A stretch of DNA of 64,000 nucleotides from an uncultured Chlorobiales bacterium (GCA_903929135.1 CAIYTH010000014.1:34258-98257), one strand, 5' to 3'. Positions 47,866 to 57,197 are shown, counted from the first letter of the stretch. Program-made: numbers and translations. The notes: generated by a model not told the origin, from the letters alone.

Positions 47866-49584
47866 TTACACGGCTGTTTCGTGCTGGAGGCGCCACATAC
47901 CGGCATAGAAGCCGTCCCGGCTGATCAGTTCTTCATGGCGGCCCTGCTCGACGATCCGGCCCTCGTGCAGCACGACGATGTCGTCGAAGCGCTCCATGCG
48001 GTGAAGGCGGTGGGTGATGGCGAGTACGGTGCGACCTTCGCATGTATGGTCGATGGTGTCGAGCACGGCCTGTTCGGTGACGGCGTCGAGGTTGGCAGTT
48101 GCTTCGTCGAGCACGATGAACGGCGCATCCTGAAGGATCATGCGGGCGATGGCGATGCGCTGGCGTTCGCCTCCGCTGAGGTTCATTCCGTGCTGTCCGG
48201 CCCAGTCGTCGAGGCGGTTCTGCAGGCTGTCGAGGCCGGCAGCCGAGAGTGCCTTCTTCAGGACTTCGTCGCTTGCTTCCGGCGCTGCCAGCAGCAGGTT
48301 TTCGCGGATGCTCTGTCCGAAGAGATAGGTGCGTTGCGAGACGACCGCGATGTTGCGTCGCAGCTCCTCGGGATCGAAGTCGGTGATCTCCCTGCCGCTG
48401 ATGGCAAGGCTTCCGCCTGTAGGGTTCCAGAATCGGACGAGCAGCGAGGCGATGGTCGATTTGCCGGCGCCGCTCGGACCGACGATGGCAACCCTGCCGC
48501 CTTGAGCCACCGAGAAGGTCACCTCCTCGATCGCAGGCCGTATGCTGCCGGGATAGGTGAATCGCAGGTTTCTGGCCTCGATGCTTCCTTTGCCGGGAAA
48601 CGGTTCCGGATGTTCAGGAACCTTCACCTCGGGTTCGGTGTCGATGATTTCGAACAGTCGCTCGCCGGCCCGAATGTCGGCCTCGATGTGCTGGATAGAG
48701 CCGGTGAGCGGAAGAAATGCCTCGAACGATGCGATCACTCCGAAAATGAGGGCCGTGATCGTGACGGTGCTGACACTGCCGTTTCTGACCATCGGCAGCA
48801 TCTGCCAGAGTATCCAGACGACGGCTGCGTTCATGGCAACTCCGCTGAGCGTCTCCTGCACTCCCTCGACGGCGGCCGCCCTTTTCTCCAGGCCGAGTTT
48901 TTTCTCCTCGGTCGTCTGCATGCGGGTGAGGTGTGCGTCGAGCGTGCCGAATACCCGCAACTCCCCGAGTCCCTGCACCATGTCGACCGCGAGAAGCTGC
49001 TGCTCGGCCTGAAGGCCGGCGATCTCCCTTGCCGTGCCGCGAGCCAGGATCGCCGTGACGACAGGCACGGCAAGGCCGGCGACCAGCTGGCAGACGAGCA
49101 CGCCGAACGCGGCTCCGGTCGACCACGATCCGACGAGCACCCACATCAGGGCGGTGACCATCAGGGCGGTGACCGGCGGCGCAATCACCCGGGCATAGAT
49201 GTTTTCCAGGCTCTGGATGTCGTCGACGATGCGCTTCATGAGGTCGGCGCTCCGGTAGATCGCGAGACGAGCGGGGGCCAGGGGTTCGACGGCTTCGTAG
49301 AACCAGAGGCGGAGCCTGGTCAGGATCCGGAATGTCGTGTTGTGCGAGATCAGCCGTTCGGCGTAGCGGAGGAACCCCCGTGATGCTCCGAAGATCCTGA
49401 CCCCTGCGATGCCGGACTGGAGGGCAGCGACCGGGAGCAGCATGGCGCCACGGGTGATAAGCCATGCGGAGGTCATCAGAAGGCCGATGCCGCTGCCGAT
49501 CGTAGCAAATCCGATGAGTGCGGCAAGCAGCATCCACCAGGCGAAAGGCCTGGTCAGTCCGACGAGTCTCAGGAGAGTTTTCAT
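47866..49584 (-). CDS. cydC: Thiol reductant ABC exporter subunit CydC
   Basis: Fused TMD-NBD. GPSGAGKST, LSGGERQRIAIARM, IVLDEATANLD. Second gene of the pair, with a 4-nt overlap. Confidence 0.8.
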   Translation of the reverse strand: MKTLLRLVGLTRPFAWWMLLAALIGFATIGSGIGLLMTSAWLITRGAMLLPVAALQSGIAGVRIFGASRGFLRYAERLISHNTTFRILTRLRLWFYEAVEPLAPARLAIYRSADLMKRIVDDIQSLENIYARVIAPPVTALMVTALMWVLVGSWSTGAAFGVLVCQLVAGLAVPVVTAILARGTAREIAGLQAEQQLLAVDMVQGLGELRVFGTLDAHLTRMQTTEEKKLGLEKRAAAVEGVQETLSGVAMNAAVVWILWQMLPMVRNGSVSTVTITALIFGVIASFEAFLPLTGSIQHIEADIRAGERLFEIIDTEPEVKVPEHPEPFPGKGSIEARNLRFTYPGSIRPAIEEVTFSVAQGGRVAIVGPSGAGKSTIASLLVRFWNPTGGSLAISGREITDFDPEELRRNIAVVSQRTYLFGQSIRENLLLAAPEASDEVLKKALSAAGLDSLQNRLDDWAGQHGMNLSGGERQRIAIARMILQDAPFIVLDEATANLDAVTEQAVLDTIDHTCEGRTVLAITHRLHRMERFDDIVVLHEGRIVEQGRHEELISRDGFYAGMWRLQHETAV

Positions 49585-51323
49585 GCCGCCTCCTCCGTGG
49601 ACGAGTGCAGCGCATGGCGGTAGAATCCGTCGGCCGCGATCAGCTCGTCGTGAGACCCTTTCTGCGAAATCCGCCCCTTCTCAAGGACGAGGATCGTGTC
49701 GGCATTCCGTATGCTTTCGAGACGATGGGCGATCATGACGACGGTCCTGCCTTTCATGAGCTCGGCCATGGAGGCGCGCAACTGTGCCTCCAGGACCGGA
49801 TCGGTGTGCGATGTCGGTTCATCGAGCAGCAGGATCGGCGCGTCCTTCAGGAATGCCCGGGCGAGGGAGAGTCGTTGCGCCTCCCCACCGCTCAGCCGTG
49901 AGCCCTGTTCCCCGATCATGGTGCCGAGGCCGCCGGGAAGGGATCGCACCATGTCGAGCAGACCCGCCTGGTGCAGCGCCTGCTCGATCTCGGCATCACC
50001 GGCATCCGGACGGGCCATCAGCAGATTTTCGCGGATGGAAGCGTTGAACAGGAACGGATGCTGGGGAACCCAGGCGATCTGGCGGTACCAGGACTCCGGT
50101 CGGTAATCGCCGATCGCTACGCTGCCGAGCGTGACTGAGCCGGCCTGTGGTTCGAGGAAGCGGAGCAGCAGGTTCAGCAGTGTGCTTTTGCCTGCGCCGC
50201 TCGGGCCGGTAAGCGCGGTGACCGAACCTGCCCGGAGCGTGCAGGATACGCCGTCGAGGGCAGGGGTCGCACTGCCGGGAAATGTGTAGCACAGGTCGTC
50301 GATGAAGAAATGGCCGGATGAGGCCTCTTCGGCTTTGAGTTCGCGGGAGCCGTCGTTTCCTGGTGCTTCAGCGGCGCGGTCGAAGATCCCGTGCATCTCC
50401 TTCGAAGCCGTGACCCCCTCCATGCCGGCATGGAATTTCGTGCCGAGCTGACGCAGCGTCAGGTAGAAGTCGGGAATCAGCAACAGGATGAAGATGGCAG
50501 GCCTGAACGGCATGGTGCCCGACGCCAGTCGCAGGCCGATGCTGACGGCCGCACCGGCCGTACCGATGGTTCCGACCAGTTCGAGGGTCAGCGAGGAGAG
50601 GAAGGCGATTTTCAGCACGCTCATGGTCGAACGCCGGAATCTCTCGCTCGCCTCGCCGATGCCGTCTCGCCTCGATTTCTCCTGTGCGAATAGCTTCAGG
50701 GTGTCGAGCCCCTGCAGCATGTCGAGGAAGAATCCGCTCATCCGGCTCATGGTGATCCACTGCTTTTCGGTGGCAACGCTTGCCTTGCGTCCGATGACGA
50801 TCATGAATGCCGGGATCAGCGGCGCGCTCAGGAGCAGGATGGTGCCTGAGATCCAGTCGGAGGGGAAGACGGCGGCGAGGATCACTACCGGCGTCACCAG
50901 TGCCATGAGGAGCTGGGGGATGTACTGGCTGAAATAGGGATCAACCGCTTCAACCCCCTTGAGCATCGTGGTCACCAGCCGGCCGCTCTGTTCGGAACGC
51001 GCGAAAGCGGGACCGAGATCGGCGACCGACACGGCAAGGCGCTTCGAGAGCATCTTCCGGATGCCGAGGGTGCCGTTCTTGGCCGCCTGGTGTCCGGCCT
51101 GGTTCAGGAGCAGCCGGAGGATGCTGAAAAGGGCGAAGAGCGACACGGAAGGCAGGAGCATCTCCCATCCGGCAGCTGTCCTGAACACCTGTTCGACGAC
51201 CCTGCTGAGGCTCCAGGCCTGGCCGACAAGCAACAGGGCACCCAGCGAGCCGGCAAGGCCCGACAGGGTGAACGGACGCTTCTCCTCTTTGAGAAGCCTG
51301 ATGAGGTTCCTGTCGATATTCAT
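49581..51323 (-). CDS. cydD: Thiol reductant ABC exporter subunit CydD
   Basis: Fused TMD-NBD. GPSGAGKSTLLN, LSGGEAQRLSLARA, LLLDEPTSHTD. First gene of the pair. Confidence 0.8.
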   Translation of the reverse strand: MNIDRNLIRLLKEEKRPFTLSGLAGSLGALLLVGQAWSLSRVVEQVFRTAAGWEMLLPSVSLFALFSILRLLLNQAGHQAAKNGTLGIRKMLSKRLAVSVADLGPAFARSEQSGRLVTTMLKGVEAVDPYFSQYIPQLLMALVTPVVILAAVFPSDWISGTILLLSAPLIPAFMIVIGRKASVATEKQWITMSRMSGFFLDMLQGLDTLKLFAQEKSRRDGIGEASERFRRSTMSVLKIAFLSSLTLELVGTIGTAGAAVSIGLRLASGTMPFRPAIFILLLIPDFYLTLRQLGTKFHAGMEGVTASKEMHGIFDRAAEAPGNDGSRELKAEEASSGHFFIDDLCYTFPGSATPALDGVSCTLRAGSVTALTGPSGAGKSTLLNLLLRFLEPQAGSVTLGSVAIGDYRPESWYRQIAWVPQHPFLFNASIRENLLMARPDAGDAEIEQALHQAGLLDMVRSLPGGLGTMIGEQGSRLSGGEAQRLSLARAFLKDAPILLLDEPTSHTDPVLEAQLRASMAELMKGRTVVMIAHRLESIRNADTILVLEKGRISQKGSHDELIAADGFYRHALHSSTEEAA

Positions 51324-51434
51324 GTTCTGGGGCTCTTCGTCGCCGGAGGCAAGCTGGATACTGATGCGGTTTACGAGGTACCTTGTCCACCCATTTTACC
51401 GAATTCCGCGCTGGAATGCAACCTGCCGTTCCGT

Positions 51435-52115
51435 TCATATCCGGAAAGCTCCAGCGATGTACCAGATGCCGGTGGCGATCATGATCAGGGAGGCAAGGCG
51501 GTAGAAGCGGCGTTGCGCCTGATCGCCGAACAGAGCGGATGCCTTGCCGACGAGCAGGAGGGCGGGCGTGGTGCCGAAACCGAACAGCAGCATCATCAGG
51601 CTGCCCCTGGCCATACCGGCGAATCGGTCCGGAGCATCCATTGCTGAACGGGCCGCCGTCAGCAGTACCGTGTAGGTCAGGCCGCAGGGGAGGAACCCGA
51701 GCAGGAGCCCCATGGGGAACCAGGCACCGGTCGTTCGGGGGCCGCTGAACAGCTCAATGGCCCTTCGGATGGCCGGCATGGCAGGCGAGCAGCTGAAGAG
51801 GTTCCTGCCGAAGGGAATCCAGCCTCCTGAGACGAGGCCCATCAGCACGATACAGAAGCCGGTCAGTGCCATGACGCCTTTCTGGAGCGGATCGATGACC
51901 GAGGTGAGCGCAAGGAGTGAGCCGGTTGCGCCGACCAGAGCCCCGAGGATCGAGTAGGTCATGACTCTGCCGAGGTTGTACAGCAGCAGGTGCAGCAGGC
52001 CAGGTCTGCTGTTTCCCATCGAAAACGCCGCCACGATCGGTCCGCACATGCCCACACAGTGCCCGAATCCTCCGGCAAGGCCTGCTGCGAGCATGGCCAG
52101 GGCTTCACTGGTCAT
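51435..52115 (-). CDS. DsbD_2 / TauE-SafE-like membrane protein with an HCxxMCGP motif
   Basis: MTSEALAMLAAGLAGGFGHCVGMCGPIVAAF, 6 TM segments. The start at 52115 overlaps the ccoS stop by 11 nt; an alternative start is 52151. Confidence 0.7.
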   Translation of the reverse strand: MTSEALAMLAAGLAGGFGHCVGMCGPIVAAFSMGNSRPGLLHLLLYNLGRVMTYSILGALVGATGSLLALTSVIDPLQKGVMALTGFCIVLMGLVSGGWIPFGRNLFSCSPAMPAIRRAIELFSGPRTTGAWFPMGLLLGFLPCGLTYTVLLTAARSAMDAPDRFAGMARGSLMMLLFGFGTTPALLLVGKASALFGDQAQRRFYRLASLIMIATGIWYIAGAFRI

Positions 52116-52281
52116 CTTTTCGTTTTTTTGTTGCCGGCAGTTCGTCGTCATCGTCGAGCATGCGGTATTTCGCGGCCTCCGTGTCGTCGAACTGGCCGCT
52201 GCGAACGGCCCAGAGGAACAGTGCCCATGCGGCGAGACCGAAGACGAAGCCGATGGCGATCAGGAAGAAGGTGCTTTCCAT
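52105..52281 (-). CDS. ccoS: cbb3 oxidase maturation protein CcoS/FixS (58 aa; not in the ORF track)
   Basis: My own translation: MESTFFLIAIGFVFGLAAWALFLWAVRSGQFDDTEAAKYRMLDDDDELPATKKRKDDQ. The W-A-x-R/K-SGQFDD...DDD pattern is the CcoS signature. The start lies 9 nt after the ccoI stop. Confidence 0.85.
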   Translation of the reverse strand: MESTFFLIAIGFVFGLAAWALFLWAVRSGQFDDTEAAKYRMLDDDDELPATKKRKDDQ

Positions 52282-52290
52282 GTGGACGGT

Positions 52291-54738
52291 TCAGATTTTT
52301 TTCAGCCTGAGCGAGTTGGCGACCACCACCAGCGAGCTCGTTGCCATGAGCAGGGCCGACACGATCGGGTGCAGCAGGCCGGAGACTGCGAGGGGCACGG
52401 CGACCATGTTGTAGCCGAAAGCCCATGCAAGGTTCTGGCGGATGACGGAAAAGCATCTGCGCGAGTGGACGAAAAGTGTGCCGAGCTGCCGGAGATCGTC
52501 ATTCAGGATCGTGACGCCTGCGCTTTCGATGGCGATGCCGGTCGCCGTGCCGAAGGTTACCCCGGTATCGGCTTCCGTCAGGGCAGGTGCGTCGTTGATG
52601 CCGTCCCCGACCATCAGGACGGTTTCGCCCTCCGATCTGAGCCTCCGTACCGCTTCCGCCTTGCCGATGGGGCTCAGCCCGGCCCGTACTTCGTCGATGC
52701 CGCATTTCGACGCGATGTACCGGGCGACACCTTCGTTGTCTCCCGTAAGGATCATGAGGCGGACTCCCTGCCTCCTGAGTTCGGCGATCATCGCCGGCGC
52801 CTCTTTGCGCAAGTCGTCGATCAGGCCGAACAGACCGGCAACCCTGCCGTTGCAGGAGACGAACACCGTGGTTTTTCCGGATGCTTCATACCGCCCGGCA
52901 TCCAGGCGGCATCTCTCGTCGATCGTGACCCCATCCCGTTCGAGCAGCGCCGGCGATCCGGCAAGCCAGGCTTCGCCTTCGATCACTCCCGAGACTCCCA
53001 TGCCGGGAATGGCCGTAAACTCTTCGACCCGCAGGCGCGAACCCCCCAGGGATGAGGCGATGGCCCGACCGGCAGGGTGCTCGGACCAGGCTTCCAGGGA
53101 GGAGCAGCACTGCCTGAACCTGCCGGAAACGCCGTAGTCGATGGCGTCCACGACGGAGGGCTCGCCCCTGGTGATGGTGCCGGTCTTATCGAGCACGACC
53201 GTCGTGGTTTTCGAGACCGACTCGAAGATGTCGCCCCCCTTGACGAGGATGCCCTTCCTGCCTATTGCCGTGGTTGCCGTCAGGATGGCGAGCGGCGTTG
53301 CCAGGCCGAGCGCGCACGGGCAGGCGATGACCAGCACCGACACGGCGTTCATGAGCGCCCTGACCGGGAGTGCTCCCGAGAGTATCCACCAGGTGAAGGT
53401 GGCCATGGCCAGCAGGAGTACCGCTGGAACGAACCAGCCGGAGATCCTGTCGGCGATGCCCTGGATTGGAGCTTTCCGTGCCTGAGCCTCTTCGACGGTC
53501 CTGATGATTTTTGAAAGCAGGGTCTCCTGTGCGTCTCCGGTGACCCTGATTTTCAAGCGGCCGGTGACCGTGCAGGTGCCCGCGAAGACTTCGCTTCCCG
53601 GCGACTTCATGACTGGTGCGGATTCGCCGGTCAGCATCGCCTCGTCCACATCGGCCAGGCCTTCGTCCACGTTGCCGTCGAGGGGTATACGTCCTCCGGG
53701 CAGCACCTCGATCAGGTCGCCTGATCGCACCTTGTGGAGGGGCACCAGTGCACTGATTCCCGAATCGTCGACCAGCATGGCTTCCCTCGGCTGCAACTCG
53801 GCGAGGGCAGCAAGGGCGCTTCCGGCCTTGAGCCTCGATCCGGCTTCGAGGAATCGCCCGAGGAGGATGAAGGTGATGATCATGGCGGCGGTGTCGAAAA
53901 AGACCTCTCCACCGGTGAAGATCATGGCGATGCTGTACACATAAGCTGAGAGCGAACCGAGGGCCACCAGCACATCCATGTTGAGCGAGCGGTGCCTGAG
54001 CGAACGGACGGCGCCTTCCAGGAACGGAAATCCCGAATAGAAGAGCACCGGCGTGGTCAGGACCCAGGAGATGAGCTGGAAAGCGAGCCGGTAACGCGAT
54101 TCGATTCCCTGGAAGAATCCGGCGTAGAGGGCGGTGATGACCATCATCTGCTGCATCGAAAAGAATGCCGCAGTGCCGAACCGGAGCAGCAGCTCACGTT
54201 TTTCGATGGCGAAGAGGTCGACCGATGCGGAGAGCTTTCCAGGCCGGGGAGTGTAGCCGATGCCTGTCAGCGTCTCGAGGATGGTGCCGAGCCCGATCGA
54301 ATCCGGCATCCATTCGATCGTCGCTTTCCGGGTGGCGTAGTTGACCCGGGCAGAGACCACCCCGGTGAGCCTGCCGAGCACCTTTTCGACGAGCCAGACG
54401 CATGATGAGCACCGGATGCCGGAAAGTATGACCTCGATCCTGCTTGTCGAGCCGTCCGAAGAGACCTCGTCGGCAAAATCGGCGGCATCGACGGTGGCGA
54501 AAGCCGGTCGACCGGGCTGCCAGTCGCATCGCTGGCTGTAAAAAAGGTCCAGCGACTGGCTGTGGATCAGCTCGTAGACGCCGAGGCATCCGTGGCAGCA
54601 GAAACGGTGCCTCTCTCCATCGACAGAAGTGGTGACGGCCGAAGCTGCTGCAACCTCCTGGAGGCAGTGGTCGCAGTGGACCATCTCATTTTGTGCCTTG
54701 TCAGTCGCGGACATCGAAGGTAAATGAGGGATTGCCAA
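52291..54738 (-). CDS. ccoI: Copper-translocating P1B-type ATPase CcoI/FixI
   Basis: N-terminal CxxC pairs (CDHC, CCHGC). CPC in IACPCALGLATP, LDKTGTIT, VGDGINDAPAL. Alternative starts are 54714 and 54684. Confidence 0.88.
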   Translation of the reverse strand: MAIPHLPSMSATDKAQNEMVHCDHCLQEVAAASAVTTSVDGERHRFCCHGCLGVYELIHSQSLDLFYSQRCDWQPGRPAFATVDAADFADEVSSDGSTSRIEVILSGIRCSSCVWLVEKVLGRLTGVVSARVNYATRKATIEWMPDSIGLGTILETLTGIGYTPRPGKLSASVDLFAIEKRELLLRFGTAAFFSMQQMMVITALYAGFFQGIESRYRLAFQLISWVLTTPVLFYSGFPFLEGAVRSLRHRSLNMDVLVALGSLSAYVYSIAMIFTGGEVFFDTAAMIITFILLGRFLEAGSRLKAGSALAALAELQPREAMLVDDSGISALVPLHKVRSGDLIEVLPGGRIPLDGNVDEGLADVDEAMLTGESAPVMKSPGSEVFAGTCTVTGRLKIRVTGDAQETLLSKIIRTVEEAQARKAPIQGIADRISGWFVPAVLLLAMATFTWWILSGALPVRALMNAVSVLVIACPCALGLATPLAILTATTAIGRKGILVKGGDIFESVSKTTTVVLDKTGTITRGEPSVVDAIDYGVSGRFRQCCSSLEAWSEHPAGRAIASSLGGSRLRVEEFTAIPGMGVSGVIEGEAWLAGSPALLERDGVTIDERCRLDAGRYEASGKTTVFVSCNGRVAGLFGLIDDLRKEAPAMIAELRRQGVRLMILTGDNEGVARYIASKCGIDEVRAGLSPIGKAEAVRRLRSEGETVLMVGDGINDAPALTEADTGVTFGTATGIAIESAGVTILNDDLRQLGTLFVHSRRCFSVIRQNLAWAFGYNMVAVPLAVSGLLHPIVSALLMATSSLVVVANSLRLKKI

Positions 54739-55132
54739 GTTCGGGGGAAAGGATGGTCGCCCGCCAGGTCTTCCCTCCGCTCATGCAGCGGACGATAATG
54801 CCTTTGCCCTCCCAGTTGCAGGAGTTCTTCCTGACCATCGTGACCTGGTTTTTGCCCATCATCATGCCTGGCATGCCCAGGTCGAGCAGCAGGATGGACG
54901 GCAGTTCCGTGCAGGGATCGAGCGTCACCCTGAACGTCAGTTCGGCCATGTGCCTGACCGGCTTCGGGTCGATCTCGAGGGTCACCATCCTTTGTCGTAC
55001 CTGTTTCGTGCAGGGGCCGGTGTTGATGGCGTTGCAATCCGCAGAGGTCTCCGGTCTTGCCGGAGGAGAGCAGAGTGTCATCATGGCAAGCAGGGCCATG
55101 GAGATATGGCTTACCTGACGTCGTAGAACCAT
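54701..55132 (-). CDS. Small exported protein with a Met-rich motif (FixH/YtkA-like by context)
   Basis: MVLRRQVSHISMALLAMMTLCSPPA signal-like N-terminus. LDLGMPGMMMGKNQV and CMSGGKTW. Sits between ccoH and ccoI with overlapping ends. Start uncertain (55183, 55132 or 55099). Confidence 0.55.
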   Translation of the reverse strand: MVLRRQVSHISMALLAMMTLCSPPARPETSADCNAINTGPCTKQVRQRMVTLEIDPKPVRHMAELTFRVTLDPCTELPSILLLDLGMPGMMMGKNQVTMVRKNSCNWEGKGIIVRCMSGGKTWRATILSPELGNPSFTFDVRD

Positions 55133-55548
55133 GACCTGCTGGTTTTTAGGTGCGCGGAGTCGAGGTCCATCCGTACCAGCCATTTGCCTCTGGATGGAAC
55201 GACAGCACGGGTTTCGTAGACGCCCGGCTCTGTTTCACGGGTCGGACAGGAGAAATCGTGTGAGTTGCTCGATACGCTGCCGAAGAAAATCTTCACTTCC
55301 GCTTTCCTGAGTGGTCTGCCATGTTCGGTCAGGGTGAACTTCAGTTCGTTGTTGCCGGAAGCCAGCGATTTCGGGCTGCCGATTTCAAGCCCCAGCCGAT
55401 GTTCTTCGGTTTTGGCCAGGAACCAGCCGTTGCCCCTTTCGAAGTAGTTCGTCTCGACGAGGCCTTCGGCGTCCCGGTAGGCGACATAAATGCCGCAGGA
55501 CATAGCGAAAATGAAGAGTGAGAAAATCCCGGCGATGACTGGTTTCAT
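55111..55548 (-). CDS. ccoH: FixH/CcoH-family cbb3 assembly protein
   Basis: N-terminal TM helix, then RDAEGLVETNYFERG. ATGA overlap with ccoG. Confidence 0.7.
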   Translation of the reverse strand: MKPVIAGIFSLFIFAMSCGIYVAYRDAEGLVETNYFERGNGWFLAKTEEHRLGLEIGSPKSLASGNNELKFTLTEHGRPLRKAEVKIFFGSVSSNSHDFSCPTRETEPGVYETRAVVPSRGKWLVRMDLDSAHLKTSRSWFYDVR

Positions 55549-56690
55549 AGGAACCCCGTTACCCTGTTGATCGATATGCCGCCACCCCTGAGGTTCAGCG
55601 TGATGTTGTCCCGTTTTGTTCCGGCCCTGAGGAGGAGCTTGCCCCTGAGGACGCCGTATGGGTTCAGCCTGAGCTTCCGTTCCCCGATGACGGTGACATC
55701 CCCGGGTGCCGATATGTCAAGGTCGAGGGCCCGCCCGCTGTTGTTGTAGATCGTGTAGGCGTAGCGGTTCAGGCCTGACGGAAGCGGCTCCTGGATCCTG
55801 CTGACCATGAAATCGACGGTCGGGCGCATGGAGATGAGGAGCGCGAGCACCAGCGCAGAAGCGGCCGTGATGCCCCACAGCATGTATGCCTTGGGGCGCA
55901 TGATTTTCCCTTTATAGTCGGGGAACGGAGGCAATCCCCTCCTGCTGCTCTTGATGAGGCAGGCGTCGATGCATTCGGCGCAGGCGATGCAGCGGTTGCT
56001 CAACCCATCCTTGATGTCGATGCCCACCGGGCAGGCACGTACGCAATCGTCGCACTTCATGCAGGTGGCGTCGCGCGACTGGTCGTATTCGATCACCAGC
56101 GTCTCCTCGTCGAACAGGGCGTTCTGCATCATCGCATAAGGGCACACCGAGGTGCAGAAGCCCCTGCCGAGCACGGCGAGTTCGAGGTAGACGCAGGTCC
56201 AGAGCACGATGAAGAACCCGGTCACGACCGGAGAGACGAACAGGCTTCTCATCGTCTCGGCCGGCGGCACGAAATACCAGATCATGGTGATCGAGACCAG
56301 TGCCGAAACGGGGAAGAGGACGAAGTATAGTATGGTTTTGCGATGTTTGCGGCCAAAAAACGATGCGAGGCTTTCGGTGAGGTCGAGCAGCACGGTCTGC
56401 GGGCAGAGCCAGCCGCACCAGACCCGGCCGAAGATCACGGTGACCATGGCGATGAACAGCATCAGGAAGAGTACGGACCCGAGGAGGAGGTAGAATTCCC
56501 CGATCCTTACGACCGTGCCGAAAAAGTAGAGGTTCAGATCACCGATGTCGAACCTGAATGCGCTCTGCCCGTTGATCCTGAGGAAGGGCAGGCCGGTCAG
56601 GAGCAGGGCCTGCAGGATTTCGACGGTTCTTCTGTAGCGTTTCCAGACTATCTGCATGTTACTTCGTGTTGAATCCGGTAGACCCACCAT
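55545..56690 (-). CDS. ccoG: cbb3 accessory protein CcoG/FixG (polyferredoxin-like membrane protein)
   Basis: GRVWCGWLCPQTV, CTSVCPYAMMQ, CMKCDDCVRACP, CIACAECIDAC. At 381 aa it is shorter than the ~470 aa I expect. Confidence 0.85.
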   Translation of the reverse strand: MVGLPDSTRSNMQIVWKRYRRTVEILQALLLTGLPFLRINGQSAFRFDIGDLNLYFFGTVVRIGEFYLLLGSVLFLMLFIAMVTVIFGRVWCGWLCPQTVLLDLTESLASFFGRKHRKTILYFVLFPVSALVSITMIWYFVPPAETMRSLFVSPVVTGFFIVLWTCVYLELAVLGRGFCTSVCPYAMMQNALFDEETLVIEYDQSRDATCMKCDDCVRACPVGIDIKDGLSNRCIACAECIDACLIKSSRRGLPPFPDYKGKIMRPKAYMLWGITAASALVLALLISMRPTVDFMVSRIQEPLPSGLNRYAYTIYNNSGRALDLDISAPGDVTVIGERKLRLNPYGVLRGKLLLRAGTKRDNITLNLRGGGISINRVTGFL

Positions 56691-56697
56691 AAGACGA

Positions 56698-56728
56698 CGC
56701 TGCCCCGGAAATGGTTCCCGGGGCAGCG
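56698..56728 (-). other. Intercistronic 11-bp perfect GC hairpin between ccoP and ccoG
   Basis: cgctgccccgg-aaatggttc-ccggggcagcg. No T-tract on either strand. Confidence 0.6.
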
Positions 56729-56735
56729 ATTCAGG

Positions 56736-57197
56736 TTATTTCCTCAGGCTTTCGATGTAGGCGACGAGCTTGAGGAGCTTCTCATTCCCGAGTTGCTGCT
56801 GGAAAGGAGGCATGCCGTTCGGACGCCCCTTGCCGATCGATTCAAGCAGGTTGGCGGGGGTCGATCCGTATTTGAGCGCCACCCTGAGGTTCGGCCCGAT
56901 TCCACCGCTGGCATCCGCCATGTGGCAGGCCGCGCAAGTGGTCGCGAACTCGTTTTTCCCTTCGGCTATGGCATCGGCCTTGCCGAGGTATTTTCCGGGG
57001 TCGGCCGTTGCGGTTGCGGAGCTCTTCTGGCTTGCCTTCATCTCCTTTTCGTACTCCTTGTAGAACGACCAGCCCGAGATGGCAGGGGTGTAGGATGCGA
57101 CATACCAGAGAACGAAGATGATCATTCCGCCGAAGAAGGCCAGCCAACCCTTGGGGATCCTGTTCTGGCCTTCCTGCGGTATTCCGGAATCGTTCAT
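56736..57197 (-). CDS. ccoP: cbb3 oxidase subunit III (CcoP), short monoheme form
   Basis: FixP_N-like IPKGWLAFFGGMIIFVLWY. A single CAACH haem site and a distal GMPPF. 153 aa. Confidence 0.8.
   Translation of the reverse strand: MNDSGIPQEGQNRIPKGWLAFFGGMIIFVLWYVASYTPAISGWSFYKEYEKEMKASQKSSATATADPGKYLGKADAIAEGKNEFATTCAACHMADASGGIGPNLRVALKYGSTPANLLESIGKGRPNGMPPFQQQLGNEKLLKLVAYIESLRK

Noticed and set aside
47881-49383. 500-aa plus-strand ORF
   Set aside because: It is antisense to cydC, which has clear Walker and signature motifs. This is a shadow ORF.
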